64,000 bases of DNA from a virus, in the UHGV virus genome UHGV-0027388. One strand, 5' to 3'. The position numbers were made by a program, and so were the translations under genes. Shown here piece after piece: positions 45,536-57,037 of the stretch (the stretch's first letter is position 1; every line of letters starts with the position of its first letter). A model generated the notes under the pieces. The model was not told the origin of the DNA. It worked only from the letters and a program-made list of their open reading frames with translations, and did no database searches.

Positions 45536-46636
45536 ATGATCTCTTTTAGCGACAAGCGCCTCTATGTGAAGGGCACCTGCTCTGCTCTGTGCTCTGATCC
45601 TGTCACAGGCCAAGTGCTGTATTACAGCAACAAGTTCCAGACCGGAAATGTGGAGTCCAGCGTAACTCTGGGCGATATTCACGCCGGACTTGGCAATGCT
45701 ATTGCCGCCATTATCCCATCTGACTCTGCACTGAACGTCAACTTTGTTGCCGCAGACTTCTCTCTGTGGGCAAAGGCGGCTCAGGTTGGTGCCGCACTCA
45801 GCTATAATGCGGTGGTTCCTACCTGCCAAGTCGTTACAGCCAATACTACAAGCCTCAAAATCGACGTTACAGACGGCGCACCTACCGCCCAATACGGCTA
45901 TGGTAACGCCTTCTGCCAAGTGCAGGAGGTCGGAAAGCCCTCTCCTATCGCCACGGGCGGAACGCAGTACAGTATCTCCCCGGATGGAACCGTTGCCGGA
46001 TTCACGGCTACTTCCGGCACGAAGTATAAGGTGTGGTATTTCGTCAACCGCGCTTCCGCGCAGGTTGCGGAACTGTCCACCATGTTTGACCCCCGCGTCG
46101 TTCACTTTACGGCTCAGATTGCCGTTTATGCGAACGATGTCTCCGCTTCCGAGTCTCAGGGAACCCGCGTTGGATGGCTATACGTCATTGTCCCGCGCAT
46201 GAAGATGAACGGAGCTGGAACCATCACTGGCGATCAGAGCAATCCAGACACAACCAGCCTGACCGGTCAAGCCATTGCGTTTGACACCGATACGGTCTCT
46301 GCTGAATGCAGTGATTGCTCTGCCGGAACTCTGGCTTATTACATCTACTGCCCGGATAATGCCACGGAAGAGAACGTGGTCGGTCTAGCCGTCGTGGGCG
46401 GAGTTGTTTCCGTCCCACAATCTACCAGCGCTCAAATTCCCGTTCGCTACGTCATGGCTGACGGCTCTCTGGTGACTCCGGCTTATAGCGCTCTGACCTA
46501 CAAGCTGACTAGCCCTCCTTCTGGAACTAATGTTTCCGACTCAGGAGTGATTACCGCAGGGGCCACTACTGGTACCTGCACTGGAACAGCCACGTTTAAC
46601 TCTATGCAAACGTCCTTTAGCGTATCCGTGGTCTAA
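45536..46636 (+). CDS. putative major tail protein (366 aa)
   Basis: Assigned by position before the tape-measure module. Followed by a strong hairpin. Confidence 0.5.
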   Translation: MISFSDKRLYVKGTCSALCSDPVTGQVLYYSNKFQTGNVESSVTLGDIHAGLGNAIAAIIPSDSALNVNFVAADFSLWAKAAQVGAALSYNAVVPTCQVVTANTTSLKIDVTDGAPTAQYGYGNAFCQVQEVGKPSPIATGGTQYSISPDGTVAGFTATSGTKYKVWYFVNRASAQVAELSTMFDPRVVHFTAQIAVYANDVSASESQGTRVGWLYVIVPRMKMNGAGTITGDQSNPDTTSLTGQAIAFDTDTVSAECSDCSAGTLAYYIYCPDNATEENVVGLAVVGGVVSVPQSTSAQIPVRYVMADGSLVTPAYSALTYKLTSPPSGTNVSDSGVITAGATTGTCTGTATFNSMQTSFSVSVV

Positions 46637-46644
46637 CCTCAAAG

Positions 46645-46668
46645 TCCCCGTCCCTTCGAGGGACGGGG
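46645..46668 (+). terminator. GC-rich hairpin (attenuator or possible terminator) after the major tail gene
   Basis: tccccgtccc-ttcgag-ggacgggga. No T-run follows. Confidence 0.4.
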
Positions 46669-46734
46669 ACAATCACAAGCCCACGAATTTTCACTGACTC
46701 GTTGGTTTGTGATTGATATTGTGGAGGTGTTCGT

Positions 46735-47274
46735 ATGGCAGATAATATGGTTTTCTGCAACGAAACGCTGGAACAGGATATATTGCAGTTCGAGCAGAAG
46801 TGCAAAGACGCATTCTTTCAAGCTATGCCAGCACTCGCACAGGACATTATAGAAGCCCTATCATCCCATATTCAGACGGATGTGTATGATGCCTATACTC
46901 CAAAATCCTACAAGCGCCGCAAGGATAACCCGAATCTCGGAACCTCAATCAGCGACATCAAAGGCTCTGGAATGGGTAGCTATGGGCGCGACAATGTAAC
47001 TATTACTTACATCCCGGACGGCTCACATCCACAATGGGAAAATCCGGCAAGCGGTGACGACTTGATCCGCAGAATCGAAAGCGGAAGCGGCTATGAATGG
47101 CGCAAACATCCCGGCGCAAGGCCATTCTTCAAAAACACGACCGAAGAGCTATTTGACGAAGGGCGCGCAGAGCAATTCTTCATACAAGCCGTCAATGCCG
47201 CAGAACCAAATCTCGGCATTGATTATGGGGACGATTTCGATATTATACGAGACTCAAACGACTGGAATGGTTAA
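46735..47274 (+). CDS. hypothetical tail protein (possible assembly chaperone, 179 aa)
   Basis: Assigned by position immediately upstream of the tape-measure gene. Confidence 0.45.
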   Translation: MADNMVFCNETLEQDILQFEQKCKDAFFQAMPALAQDIIEALSSHIQTDVYDAYTPKSYKRRKDNPNLGTSISDIKGSGMGSYGRDNVTITYIPDGSHPQWENPASGDDLIRRIESGSGYEWRKHPGARPFFKNTTEELFDEGRAEQFFIQAVNAAEPNLGIDYGDDFDIIRDSNDWNG

Positions 47275-47302
47275 AAATCGCGCAGAAGGGCGGTTAGCAT
47301 AA

Positions 47303-50300
47303 ATGGCAAAAATCGTAGTCAAGACTCAACTTGATAACTCAGAGTTTACCAAGCAAGCGCAGCAGTTTCGACAGGAACTTTCAAAGCTAAAATCAACGCC
47401 TGTTAAACTGAGTGTCGATACCGAAGGAATCGACTCAAAGGCCGTTTCTGCTATCGCCCGCCTGACTAGGGCGCAGGCTGAACTTCTTGCGCAGCAGACA
47501 AAAGCTCAACAAGTAAACGCAGCGGCACAGAGAACGGAAACAAGCCTAGCTAAAGCGAAAGAAGCCACTGCACAGGCTACAGAAAGACGGATAGCCGCCG
47601 AAAAGAAGCTGGCTCAGGAACAACAGCGTAGCGCAACACAAGCAGCTATGCAAGCCACAGAGACCCAGAAACAAGCTACTGCGCAAGCCCAACTCGCCCT
47701 CCAGCAGGAAAAGACGTCCACCCAGACTGCGCGACTGGCCACAGAACAGCAAAAAGGCGCTAATATAGCCGCAAAGGCAACTTCTCAGGCTAACGAAATG
47801 ACAAGCGCCAGCGACCGCATGAGCGAGAGTTTGCTTTCGTCAGCTGCTGCTATGGCGAAATGGCAAATTCTAGGTAATATTGTCGGCTCGGCAATTCGCT
47901 CTTTCAAGGATGCCCTCTCCACAATGAAAGAGGTCGATAGCGAATTAACCGTAATCAAGAAGGTTACGGATGCCTCCGAAGATCAGCTTGCCGCAATAGA
48001 GCAGCAAGCGTATAAAACAGCTTCCGCATACGGGGTTGCAGCCGATAGTTACCTATCTTCCGCCGCTGATTTTGCAAGAGCTGGCTACAAAGAACAGTCT
48101 GAATCTCTTGCCGAACTAGCTGTAAAGACACAGCTTGTCGGAGACGTTGACGAAGAAACCGCAAATCAGTTCTTACTTTCTCTTGATGCTGCCTACCAGT
48201 ATAAAGGTTCCATAGAGCAACTGAGCCGCGTCTTGGATGGCGCAAATGAAATTGACAACAACTACGCCACCAGCATTCAGAAAATAGCAGAAGGACTTGG
48301 CAAAATCGCCCCTATCGCTTCTCAGGCTCATGTTGGCGTAGACGAGCTTTCTGCTGCAATCGGCACAATTACCGCCGTAACCCAGAGAAGCGGCACAGAA
48401 GCCGCCACAGCCCTTCGCGCCCTGTTTCTGAACATCATCGGTGACACAAAGACCGAGATTGAAGATGGTGCAACATGGACTGCCGGAGAAATCGCCGGAC
48501 TTCGTGACGTCTTGAAAACCTACGCCCCAGAAGCCGTTAAGGCAGCAGAAGCGACAGGTCAAGTCATTAACCCGATGGAGGCAATTGGCGGACTGGCTCA
48601 ATCCTTTAAGGATGGACTGCTGACCGAGCAGAAGTTGATGGAGATGACTTCTGACATCGGTGGCAAGCTCCGCACGTCCCAGCTCCTGGCCATTGTCGAA
48701 AACTGGGATACCATCTACGAACCAATGCTCCAGTCATTCCAAGACTCCGTTGGAAGCGCCGATAAGGAAGTTGAGAATGCTCTTGGTTCTTGGGATTCAA
48801 AGGTAAATATCCTCAAAAATACATGGACTGAGTTTATACAGCAGACGGTAAACACGGACTGGATTAAGAAGCTGCTGGACGGCCTGACAAATCTCATCAA
48901 ATATACCGGTGATCTCGGAAATGCCCTTATCATTGCGCTTGCCGTATTCACAACTATAAAAGCAAGATCAATCGTCGGTTTTTTTGAAAATCTTGCCGTT
49001 CAATTCTCCCTCCTCAAGATGGAGGCTGCGGATGCCGGCGGCGGAGTGAAGGGATTTTTCTCTGTATTAACATCCGGGGCTGCTGGTGCTCAAATCGCTA
49101 TGGGTGCTCTGACTGCTGTTATTACAGGCGTAATTGTCGCCTATAATGCTTACAAGCAGCACCAAACAGAACTGCGGGAGGAAGCCACAGAAGCGGCAAA
49201 AGCCGCAAATGAGGAAATTTCTTCGCTTGAGGATTTGCGCCAGCAGTATGTTGAAATTATAGACAGCACGGATGACGAAGCCACAAAGAATCAAAAACTG
49301 ACAGAATGGAAAAAGCAGCTTGTCGAGCAATACGGATTTGAAGAGGAAGCCCTCAGAAACGTCAACTCCGAACGGCAAAACACTCTCGACCTGCTTGACT
49401 CTGAAATCGCTAAGAAATCCGCAACATCTTGGGGAGAAATACAAAAAGAGTACGAAAAGGCACAGGGCGCATATCAAAAAGCGGGTCAAAAAGAAACTTC
49501 TCTTGCGGGATTCACCATTTCAGAATCAGACCTACAGCTTCTTGGCAAGTACAAAGACGAGGTAGAAGAGCTTGGTGTTCTTTTCTCGGATGCAGGTGAT
49601 GGAAGCTATTTTATCGGCGTTCAGCAGTTCGATGATGTGCAGAAGGGCTATGATAACATCATGGCCGCACAAGTCAAGCTACGCGAAGCATCGGAGCAGA
49701 CCGGGAAAGGTATATACAATAGTATTGCCGAAGCACTCATTCAGGATGCTGACCGTAAAAAGAAAATCATTGACGAATACGGAGAGATATACGAGGAAGG
49801 AAACAAAATCTTCGCTCAGTATGACCTCACCAACAATCGTGCCAATGATATTCTGACCGTAGACTCTCAAGATAAATATGACGCTCTGACAGAATCAATC
49901 AAGAACAGCGTCACGAACCTTCAAGTTCAAGAGGCGGAGCTAGAACTACTATCTCAGATGTTCCCGCAGTTCAGCGGAGTTGTTGATGACAGCGCAGATG
50001 CCCTGAACAACGATACAGACGCACTCAATGATACTGCGGACGCGATGGACGCGCTCAGCGAGGAGTCTCAGGCACTTGAGAAAAACCTGAAATCCGCCGG
50101 AGATGCGTTCTCTGAGTTCGAGAAAAACGGACAGCTCTCATATTCCACTCTGGCCGACATTCAGAGCGCATTCAGCGATGTTGACGGAATCAACAATTAC
50201 ATAGACGCACTCAGCCAAACTGGAATAACTGCATCAGAAGTACAAAGCATACTAGGCGATCTTGTCACAAAGAAGATTGAAGCCTCCTACACGACGGAGC

Positions 50301-52039
50301 AGCTGGCCAATGCGAATGTAAATCTTGTGGCGGCAATGCTTGATGAAGCGGGGGTGGCGAACTCTCTTGAAGTCGCTACCGATCTAGTGGCGACGGCGCA
50401 GGAGAACCTCGCTCAGAAAACGTATGAAGCGCAGATTGCGTCCTATGATAGCGTCACGGCGGCGGTCGAATATGCAAACTCCCTATATGCAACGGGTCAA
50501 GCATCAGATGACACATACGACTCTCTGATAAACCTTGTTGCAGAACAATCCATATTCAACAATGCCTCTCTTGACGTTTCGCAAAAATGCCAAGCTCTAG
50601 GAGAAATGGCAAATGCCGCTTATGATGCCGCATATGCGCTGGAATACGCAATGCAGTATCAGCTTGTTGCCAGCAGGCTTAACAGTAACCAGTTCATGAC
50701 CGATTCGGAAAAGTCTGCGTCCCTGTCTGGTCTGATGAAATCATGGCAGAAGAAAAACCCAGCGGTATATAAGAATGGTGCAAACTCCGGCGGTGGCAGT
50801 GGTGGCGGAGGTGGAGGAACCTCTAGACGGCCAGTCACATTCAAGTCGAGCGGAGGCTCAGGCGGTGGTTCTAGCGGAAGGTCAAGCGGGGGCGGCGGTA
50901 GCTCAAGCGGCAGTTCTAGTACGCCATCATCCACTTCTGATTCGCAAAAGGAAGCACTAGAAGATAGAATTACGCTCCTTCAAAGTGAGCTGAAATTGCT
51001 TGAGGCGCAGAATGCTCCCGTTTCCCAGACGCTTGCCAAGCGCAGAGAGATTGCAGACGCACTCCAAAATGAAATAGATTATCTTCGCAGTATCGGTGGC
51101 TCACAGACGGAAATCAACAATCTGTGTGTCGAGTGGTATGGTGTCCTTGATGATATTAAGGATATGGAAGATGACCTATGGAGCGAACTGAAAGACAGTA
51201 TTTCAGATGCTATGCAGGCCGCTTCTGATGCAAAAGACGCCGCAATCGAAAAAATAAAACAGGAATACGAAACAGAAAGCGACCTGCTTGAGATTGATGA
51301 AAAGCGCAAGGCCGTTTTGGAAGCACAGAATGACCTTCTTGACGCCCAGAATGAGCGTACAGTCCGCATCTACAACGCCGCAACAGGCCAGTGGGAATGG
51401 GTCGCAGATGCCAGCAAGGTAAAGTCTGCACAAGAGGCGCTATCCGATGCACAAAAAACGCTTTCTGACGCAGAAAAGGATGCGGAAAAGGAATCTAGAA
51501 TCCAGCAAGTTGAAGACGCCTATAATGCCCTCGAAAAGCAATGGAAAGGCCTTCAAAATGCCAGTTTTAATTCCAACAGCACCAGGGATGCGCAAGCAAT
51601 AATCGCTGACATTTTGAACAATTTCGGATCATCGTCCGCTACCAACAAAGTAAATCAGGTCAACGCTCTCCTAAGCGCACTAGGAGCGTTTGAAAGCAAG
51701 ACCTATGATGATGGCGGAATTTTGTACGGAATGGGCGGAATTAAGGCAACTCCGCAAAACGAGGTCGTGCTGAACCCGAATCTTACATCAAAACTACTAT
51801 CACCCGTTGCGGATGACGTTTTCAGAAAGCGGGTTTCGGAGCTTGGCTATCTGTATGGAGCAAGTAACGATATACCGAGAAGTGTCGTGCAAACATCCTC
51901 AAGCCGCATAAGCAACGTAACGAACAATGGCGGCCCATACTATCTAAACGGTATAAAAATTGGAGAAGATGCTGCGCGAGGACTCACGCTGGAACAGCTT
52001 GCAAAGCAAATGCGCACACTATCTCTTTATAACAACTGA
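47303..52039 (+). CDS. tail tape measure protein (TP901-family core)
   Basis: 1578 aa. Coiled-coil N-terminus. TP901-type core (LGKIAPIASQAHVGVDELSAAIGTITAVTQRSGTEAATALRALFLNI). Gly/Ser linker. C-terminal domain. Confidence 0.9.
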   Translation: MAKIVVKTQLDNSEFTKQAQQFRQELSKLKSTPVKLSVDTEGIDSKAVSAIARLTRAQAELLAQQTKAQQVNAAAQRTETSLAKAKEATAQATERRIAAEKKLAQEQQRSATQAAMQATETQKQATAQAQLALQQEKTSTQTARLATEQQKGANIAAKATSQANEMTSASDRMSESLLSSAAAMAKWQILGNIVGSAIRSFKDALSTMKEVDSELTVIKKVTDASEDQLAAIEQQAYKTASAYGVAADSYLSSAADFARAGYKEQSESLAELAVKTQLVGDVDEETANQFLLSLDAAYQYKGSIEQLSRVLDGANEIDNNYATSIQKIAEGLGKIAPIASQAHVGVDELSAAIGTITAVTQRSGTEAATALRALFLNIIGDTKTEIEDGATWTAGEIAGLRDVLKTYAPEAVKAAEATGQVINPMEAIGGLAQSFKDGLLTEQKLMEMTSDIGGKLRTSQLLAIVENWDTIYEPMLQSFQDSVGSADKEVENALGSWDSKVNILKNTWTEFIQQTVNTDWIKKLLDGLTNLIKYTGDLGNALIIALAVFTTIKARSIVGFFENLAVQFSLLKMEAADAGGGVKGFFSVLTSGAAGAQIAMGALTAVITGVIVAYNAYKQHQTELREEATEAAKAANEEISSLEDLRQQYVEIIDSTDDEATKNQKLTEWKKQLVEQYGFEEEALRNVNSERQNTLDLLDSEIAKKSATSWGEIQKEYEKAQGAYQKAGQKETSLAGFTISESDLQLLGKYKDEVEELGVLFSDAGDGSYFIGVQQFDDVQKGYDNIMAAQVKLREASEQTGKGIYNSIAEALIQDADRKKKIIDEYGEIYEEGNKIFAQYDLTNNRANDILTVDSQDKYDALTESIKNSVTNLQVQEAELELLSQMFPQFSGVVDDSADALNNDTDALNDTADAMDALSEESQALEKNLKSAGDAFSEFEKNGQLSYSTLADIQSAFSDVDGINNYIDALSQTGITASEVQSILGDLVTKKIEASYTTEQLANANVNLVAAMLDEAGVANSLEVATDLVATAQENLAQKTYEAQIASYDSVTAAVEYANSLYATGQASDDTYDSLINLVAEQSIFNNASLDVSQKCQALGEMANAAYDAAYALEYAMQYQLVASRLNSNQFMTDSEKSASLSGLMKSWQKKNPAVYKNGANSGGGSGGGGGGTSRRPVTFKSSGGSGGGSSGRSSGGGGSSSGSSSTPSSTSDSQKEALEDRITLLQSELKLLEAQNAPVSQTLAKRREIADALQNEIDYLRSIGGSQTEINNLCVEWYGVLDDIKDMEDDLWSELKDSISDAMQAASDAKDAAIEKIKQEYETESDLLEIDEKRKAVLEAQNDLLDAQNERTVRIYNAATGQWEWVADASKVKSAQEALSDAQKTLSDAEKDAEKESRIQQVEDAYNALEKQWKGLQNASFNSNSTRDAQAIIADILNNFGSSSATNKVNQVNALLSALGAFESKTYDDGGILYGMGGIKATPQNEVVLNPNLTSKLLSPVADDVFRKRVSELGYLYGASNDIPRSVVQTSSSRISNVTNNGGPYYLNGIKIGEDAARGLTLEQLAKQMRTLSLYNN

Positions 52040-52056
52040 GAGGGGGCAAGTGAAGA

Positions 52057-54228
52057 ATGCTTTTTCAGCCCACAAATATATTTCCAAGCTTCACCGGAGG
52101 GCTTGGAAATGGCGTTGCGGATGTCAACTCCGACCTTACTGTTTCATGGCAAGTAAACGGAAACACGCCTATGACATCTTTCCAAATTGTAATTTACAAA
52201 AATGACGCAACCTCCACGAAACTCTACGACACGGGCACCCTTACGGATGGATGCCCATTTCACGGAATCAGCTACACAGGAGAGATTCAATTTTTCAGCT
52301 ATACGATTTCTCACGATGCACTGTATCAGGCCGGAGTACGGAACGGGGGAGAGTATAAGCTCATAATAACGCAATCATGGGATGGCGGTTCGGTTACACA
52401 GAGTTCCGCATCGGCCTTCCACGCAAAGGAAACTCCGGTCATAAAAATTGCAAAGTTTCCGCAACAAATGCCGTTTTCAAAATATACTTTTGAGCTTGAA
52501 TATCCAGATAATTCCGACCCGCTGAACTGGATGCGTTGGAGGGTTGCTACATGGGATAACACCTCAAATGAGCCAAGCGAAATTCTTTACGATACAGGAG
52601 ATATATTTGGAGCTTCCGATCTCAGGTGCTTCTACGACGGTTTTCTTGCTGGAATAACCTATGCAATAGTCTGTGATGTTGAGACTGTCTACGGAGTCCA
52701 GACCACCACGGGATGGAATACGTTTATTGCGTCCTATACTTTGCTAGATTACCCAGGAATTGTTACAGCAAAACGAATTTGCGGGCATACTGGAGTGTTG
52801 CTATCTTGGGATAAGCTGATTTACATTCCCGGCAATATCAGTGGAGACTACATCCTCAAAGACGGAACCCTAGAATTAAGCCACGGCGCAAAAATCTATT
52901 GGGATCACGTCAACGGAAGTCAGATGAGCTTCCCAATACCATGGACATTTTTATTTCGTGGAAAGCTCTCAGAAATTCCTGGTGAAATAAGTCTTACTAC
53001 AAGAAACTGTGACATATCCCTATCGCTCGCAAACGCAGACGGATTTACTTATATTCAAGATTCGTCCGGAAATGATATATTGGATAGCTCTGGAAATAAA
53101 ATTGAAGCTAACGCAGCTGGCTATACTCTCTTTGTGGCAAAAATAAACGGGGAAATCGTTTCATCCACCCCGATTGCTCAGAGTGGTTACGTTGACCAGA
53201 TTGCCGTGACACCAACCAAACTTATCTACACAACAGTAGAATTTTCGGGCGGCCTATTTCCTACCTCCACTCTCTATCCATCGAAGGAGCTATACCCAAA
53301 GCCAACAAGTGAAATAATAACTAGCACCTATACAATAGATTTGTCCTACACGCAGACGGAGTTGACTAAAATTTCTGTCACAGGTCCAGTTCTGTGTGAC
53401 TATCTATGGGTAGTTGGCATAAACGCCGACGGAAGCTACATATCGAATATCTTTTCAAACACTTCTTTTGAACCGTCGTTTGATAATAAAGACACGTTGT
53501 TTGCGGCTAAGTTTGAAAATGAACTCGGAGCCGGAAATGTCCCCGGACTATCTGCTGACTTGACTGGCATTGCGGTTTACCGCAGAACTGGGGCGAGTGG
53601 TACTTTAAAACGAATAGCGGATATGCCACTGTCACAATCCTCTGTTGCTGACTTTTCTGTTTGCTCTCAAATGGATTACACATATTACCTATATCCTTAC
53701 GGCGAAATGCGCATCGAAACCACTCCGCTTACAAGCGAGACGGTCAATATATGCTTCTGGGACTGGGCTATTTTGGAATGCGCGGAGGATAGTTTAGGTG
53801 TATTCCATGTGGTCGGTGAGTATTTGTTCGGCAAAAATCTTTCCAGCGGCTCTATTTCAAACAACAATTCCCCGAACATCCTAGAGAACTTTACGCAATA
53901 TCCGCTAGTGCAGCTCAGAAACGCAAATTACATGAGCGGCACTCTGTCAAGCCTAATCGGAATAATCAGAGATTGCGAGTATAGTGATACGATAGCGCAA
54001 AAGAACGCAGTCTACGCCCTCTCAACCTCTCAAAATGCGCTCTTTTTAAAGTCTAGAAAAGGTGATATTTGGAGAATCAGAATAGCCGGAAATATCCAAA
54101 TGGACACAATGGACGACACGAAACAGCAGGCGCAAACCGCTTCTATTCCGTGGGTTCAGACTGCCTCGGCGGAAAATTCTGCAATAATTTCCACACCAAG
54201 CGAAAACTTCTTTATAAACGCTTTATAA
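52057..54228 (+). CDS. tail component (distal tail/baseplate, 723 aa)
   Basis: Assigned by position after the tape-measure gene. Confidence 0.55.
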   Translation: MLFQPTNIFPSFTGGLGNGVADVNSDLTVSWQVNGNTPMTSFQIVIYKNDATSTKLYDTGTLTDGCPFHGISYTGEIQFFSYTISHDALYQAGVRNGGEYKLIITQSWDGGSVTQSSASAFHAKETPVIKIAKFPQQMPFSKYTFELEYPDNSDPLNWMRWRVATWDNTSNEPSEILYDTGDIFGASDLRCFYDGFLAGITYAIVCDVETVYGVQTTTGWNTFIASYTLLDYPGIVTAKRICGHTGVLLSWDKLIYIPGNISGDYILKDGTLELSHGAKIYWDHVNGSQMSFPIPWTFLFRGKLSEIPGEISLTTRNCDISLSLANADGFTYIQDSSGNDILDSSGNKIEANAAGYTLFVAKINGEIVSSTPIAQSGYVDQIAVTPTKLIYTTVEFSGGLFPTSTLYPSKELYPKPTSEIITSTYTIDLSYTQTELTKISVTGPVLCDYLWVVGINADGSYISNIFSNTSFEPSFDNKDTLFAAKFENELGAGNVPGLSADLTGIAVYRRTGASGTLKRIADMPLSQSSVADFSVCSQMDYTYYLYPYGEMRIETTPLTSETVNICFWDWAILECAEDSLGVFHVVGEYLFGKNLSSGSISNNNSPNILENFTQYPLVQLRNANYMSGTLSSLIGIIRDCEYSDTIAQKNAVYALSTSQNALFLKSRKGDIWRIRIAGNIQMDTMDDTKQQAQTASIPWVQTASAENSAIISTPSENFFINAL

Positions 54229-54254
54229 CCACGAAAAGGCAGGTAAAATAGGGT

Positions 54255-55520
54255 ATGAGAAGCACAAGAACCGAACAGTATATCTCCTATCTTAACGCCC
54301 TAAGACGCCCATTCAAAAAGATGTGCCGACTCAGGTTTTTAAATGCTGATGGGAGTACAGCGTTTTCCATAGACAATAACACACACAACAAAAGAAGTTC
54401 AGCTTTTATCCAGGATGGAACACTAACCGTAAACCTCCAGAACGGGCAGCGCAGGCAAGCCAATGTTACCCTGTCCAATCTGGACGGCGCATACGATTAT
54501 AATATCAATTCTTTATGGTTTGGACAGGAAGTAGCCATAGATGAGGGACTAGTCCTCCCAGATGGTACGGAATATTACATTCCGCAGGGTGTTTTTTTGA
54601 TTGAAACACCGACAGAAAACTACAGTCCGGGAGTCAGAACTGCACAGTTAAGTCTCATAGACAAGTGGGCTAATTTAGACGGAACTCTATTTGGAAATTT
54701 AGAGGGAACCTATCAAGTTCCTGTCGGAACGAATATTTTTTCCGCGATTCAGGGTATTCTAAACCTAGATAGGGGAAATGGAATTGCGCTCGATAGCATA
54801 TCTCCTATATTTACGGAATATTATAACGGTAAAACGCAGTTACTTCCGAACGGTAGAACTGCAAATTTAACCGATACCCCGTACACACTCAAAGTTGACA
54901 GCGACAGCGGAACCTATGCAGATGTTATTCGGGGCCTTTCCGATATGATTAACGCTTGGATAGGATACGATAAAACAGGCGCGTTACGGGTAGACCCGTC
55001 TCAAGATGATATTCTGGACACGGATAAGCCGGTTTTATGGCGCTTTTCTCCGAATGAAGTTGACTTCCTAGGGGCCACTTATACCGTAAAAAACACAGAT
55101 GTATATAACGACGTAATAGTGATCGGGGAGACCCTGAGTGACTATACGCAGGCCGCAGGAAGGGCCACAAACCTAGATCCATCCAGCGACACGAATATCT
55201 ATACCTCCCTCGGAAAACGAACCATACGCCTGAGTTCCAGCGGATATTACACAAAACAGCAATGCGAAGATTTAGCTGTTTGGAAATTGAAGCGCATGAG
55301 CGTACTGCAAAAAAGTGTATCTATATCATGTGGACAACTTTTCCACATAGAGGAAAACAATTTGGTTGAAATCCAGCGCACAGATAGGCCGGGAGCGCCG
55401 GTTGAACGACATCTTGTTATGGGATTCAGTCGCCCACTCAGCCAAACAGGAGCAATGACCATCTCCGCAGTATCTGTCAACGACTTTGCAACAGCGACGG
55501 TCACAAGCTGGCCGCAATAA
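54255..55520 (+). CDS. tail/baseplate protein (421 aa)
   Basis: Assigned by position. Confidence 0.55.
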   Translation: MRSTRTEQYISYLNALRRPFKKMCRLRFLNADGSTAFSIDNNTHNKRSSAFIQDGTLTVNLQNGQRRQANVTLSNLDGAYDYNINSLWFGQEVAIDEGLVLPDGTEYYIPQGVFLIETPTENYSPGVRTAQLSLIDKWANLDGTLFGNLEGTYQVPVGTNIFSAIQGILNLDRGNGIALDSISPIFTEYYNGKTQLLPNGRTANLTDTPYTLKVDSDSGTYADVIRGLSDMINAWIGYDKTGALRVDPSQDDILDTDKPVLWRFSPNEVDFLGATYTVKNTDVYNDVIVIGETLSDYTQAAGRATNLDPSSDTNIYTSLGKRTIRLSSSGYYTKQQCEDLAVWKLKRMSVLQKSVSISCGQLFHIEENNLVEIQRTDRPGAPVERHLVMGFSRPLSQTGAMTISAVSVNDFATATVTSWPQ

Positions 55521-55532
55521 GGAGGACACATA

Positions 55533-57023
55533 ATGCCGACTGTAAACGGAAAGTATACCAATCCCGGATGGGTTAACAACTCCGCCCCGGCATTGGACGC
55601 TGATGAGCTTAACGCGATGTCGAATGCCATTGAACAAAACCAAGAGAAACGTGGAGTGCAAATTGCATCACAAACGGCATCTCAGTATCAGTTTTCATCC
55701 ATAAGATATGCACCAGAAAATCAGACGTACCAAATAAACGCAATCGCCTACGGAGAAAACAAAGGGCTGTGCGCTTGCATCAGTGGTTCCGTTTTGTACT
55801 ACAACATAAACGGTATCGACTGGGTGAAACGTATATTGACCCCAGCGGTAGTGTCTGGAAATATGTACGATATAACGTATGCGAACGGCCTATTCGTGTC
55901 CGTCGGTGACAATATCATGTCCGCCGAAACGCCAGACGGTAAGTGGACTGCGCGTACTAAGCCGACAAATGCGGGGACAATGAGGGCAATCCGCTATATT
56001 TCCGGTTCTTGGGTAGTGGCTGGCGATGGTGGAATCTTTACATCATCTGACTTGAGGACATGGAGCCAGACGAATGCTGAGTCTTGGAAGGACATGGACT
56101 CCGATGGAACCACCCTATATGCGATTAACTCCAGCGGGATCAAGACATCATCCAATGGTAGCGTGTGGTCTAATTTTTCGCCCGCTAGAAGTGGAAGTAA
56201 AATCTCCATTTCGGATGAAGGAGAAATCTTTATCGTGGAAACTCAAGATGAAGATATGAGTACAGCTGCTGTATATTCTCCATCTACTTCCAAGTGGGTA
56301 GACTACTCCATCAGCGGCACCTCCTCATCAATCGTGAATGGAACTGTCCTGAATTCAATTCCGTACTTGGTCGTTGACGTCACCGACCCGGATGACGGTA
56401 CAGTTTCGACCATAATTAAGTACGCCACATCATCAAGCAGCATTCAGACTGCAAAAATTTACGGTTTCGCGCCAACAAAACTGAGCTGCATCTGCACGTT
56501 TAATAACGAGTTGTATCTTGGTGGACCATATGCAAACATCATAACGCAAATCCAAAATGTAACGTTATCCGACCCAAGCGGTCACGGAATCATACCTGCA
56601 TTTTTCGGAGATCAACCGCTTGCCGACTATGTAACGAGCGTAAAGAAGTACGCTGTACAGCAGACCGGAGGCGGCGGAGACGGGCAAAGGTATTGGATTG
56701 TTCGCACATACGCAAGTGGAACCAGAGAGATGTACCTCATTGGCTCTTATAGCGTAACGAGTGGAAGTGCGCAACAACTCAGAATACAAGTTGGTTTCCC
56801 GTCTGAAATTAAAGGAGCTGGCGAGGGTAACACTCTCATATTCGCGTCTATATCTCCATCGACACAAGACATCGGAGTTAAAAACGGAATCAGTTGTTGC
56901 GCAGAATACTATGAGTCATCGCTCGGTATTCCAACTATAACGGTTTACATATCTGTTAGTTCAGGTAGTTTAAACCCGTCTCAGGGTAGGTTCTGTATAC
57001 ATATTATCGGCTCCGAACTTTAA
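55533..57023 (+). CDS. tail/baseplate protein (496 aa)
   Basis: Assigned by position. Confidence 0.5.
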   Translation: MPTVNGKYTNPGWVNNSAPALDADELNAMSNAIEQNQEKRGVQIASQTASQYQFSSIRYAPENQTYQINAIAYGENKGLCACISGSVLYYNINGIDWVKRILTPAVVSGNMYDITYANGLFVSVGDNIMSAETPDGKWTARTKPTNAGTMRAIRYISGSWVVAGDGGIFTSSDLRTWSQTNAESWKDMDSDGTTLYAINSSGIKTSSNGSVWSNFSPARSGSKISISDEGEIFIVETQDEDMSTAAVYSPSTSKWVDYSISGTSSSIVNGTVLNSIPYLVVDVTDPDDGTVSTIIKYATSSSSIQTAKIYGFAPTKLSCICTFNNELYLGGPYANIITQIQNVTLSDPSGHGIIPAFFGDQPLADYVTSVKKYAVQQTGGGGDGQRYWIVRTYASGTREMYLIGSYSVTSGSAQQLRIQVGFPSEIKGAGEGNTLIFASISPSTQDIGVKNGISCCAEYYESSLGIPTITVYISVSSGSLNPSQGRFCIHIIGSEL

Positions 57024-57037
57024 GGGAGGGCTTCCAA

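Noticed and set aside
46735-47302. Programmed -1 frameshift (G/GT-type tail chaperone) between ORF 46735..47274 and the overlapping ORF 47093..47302
   Set aside because: A frameshift product would extend the protein by only about 10 residues and no slippery heptamer was recognised. The overlap is likely coincidental.
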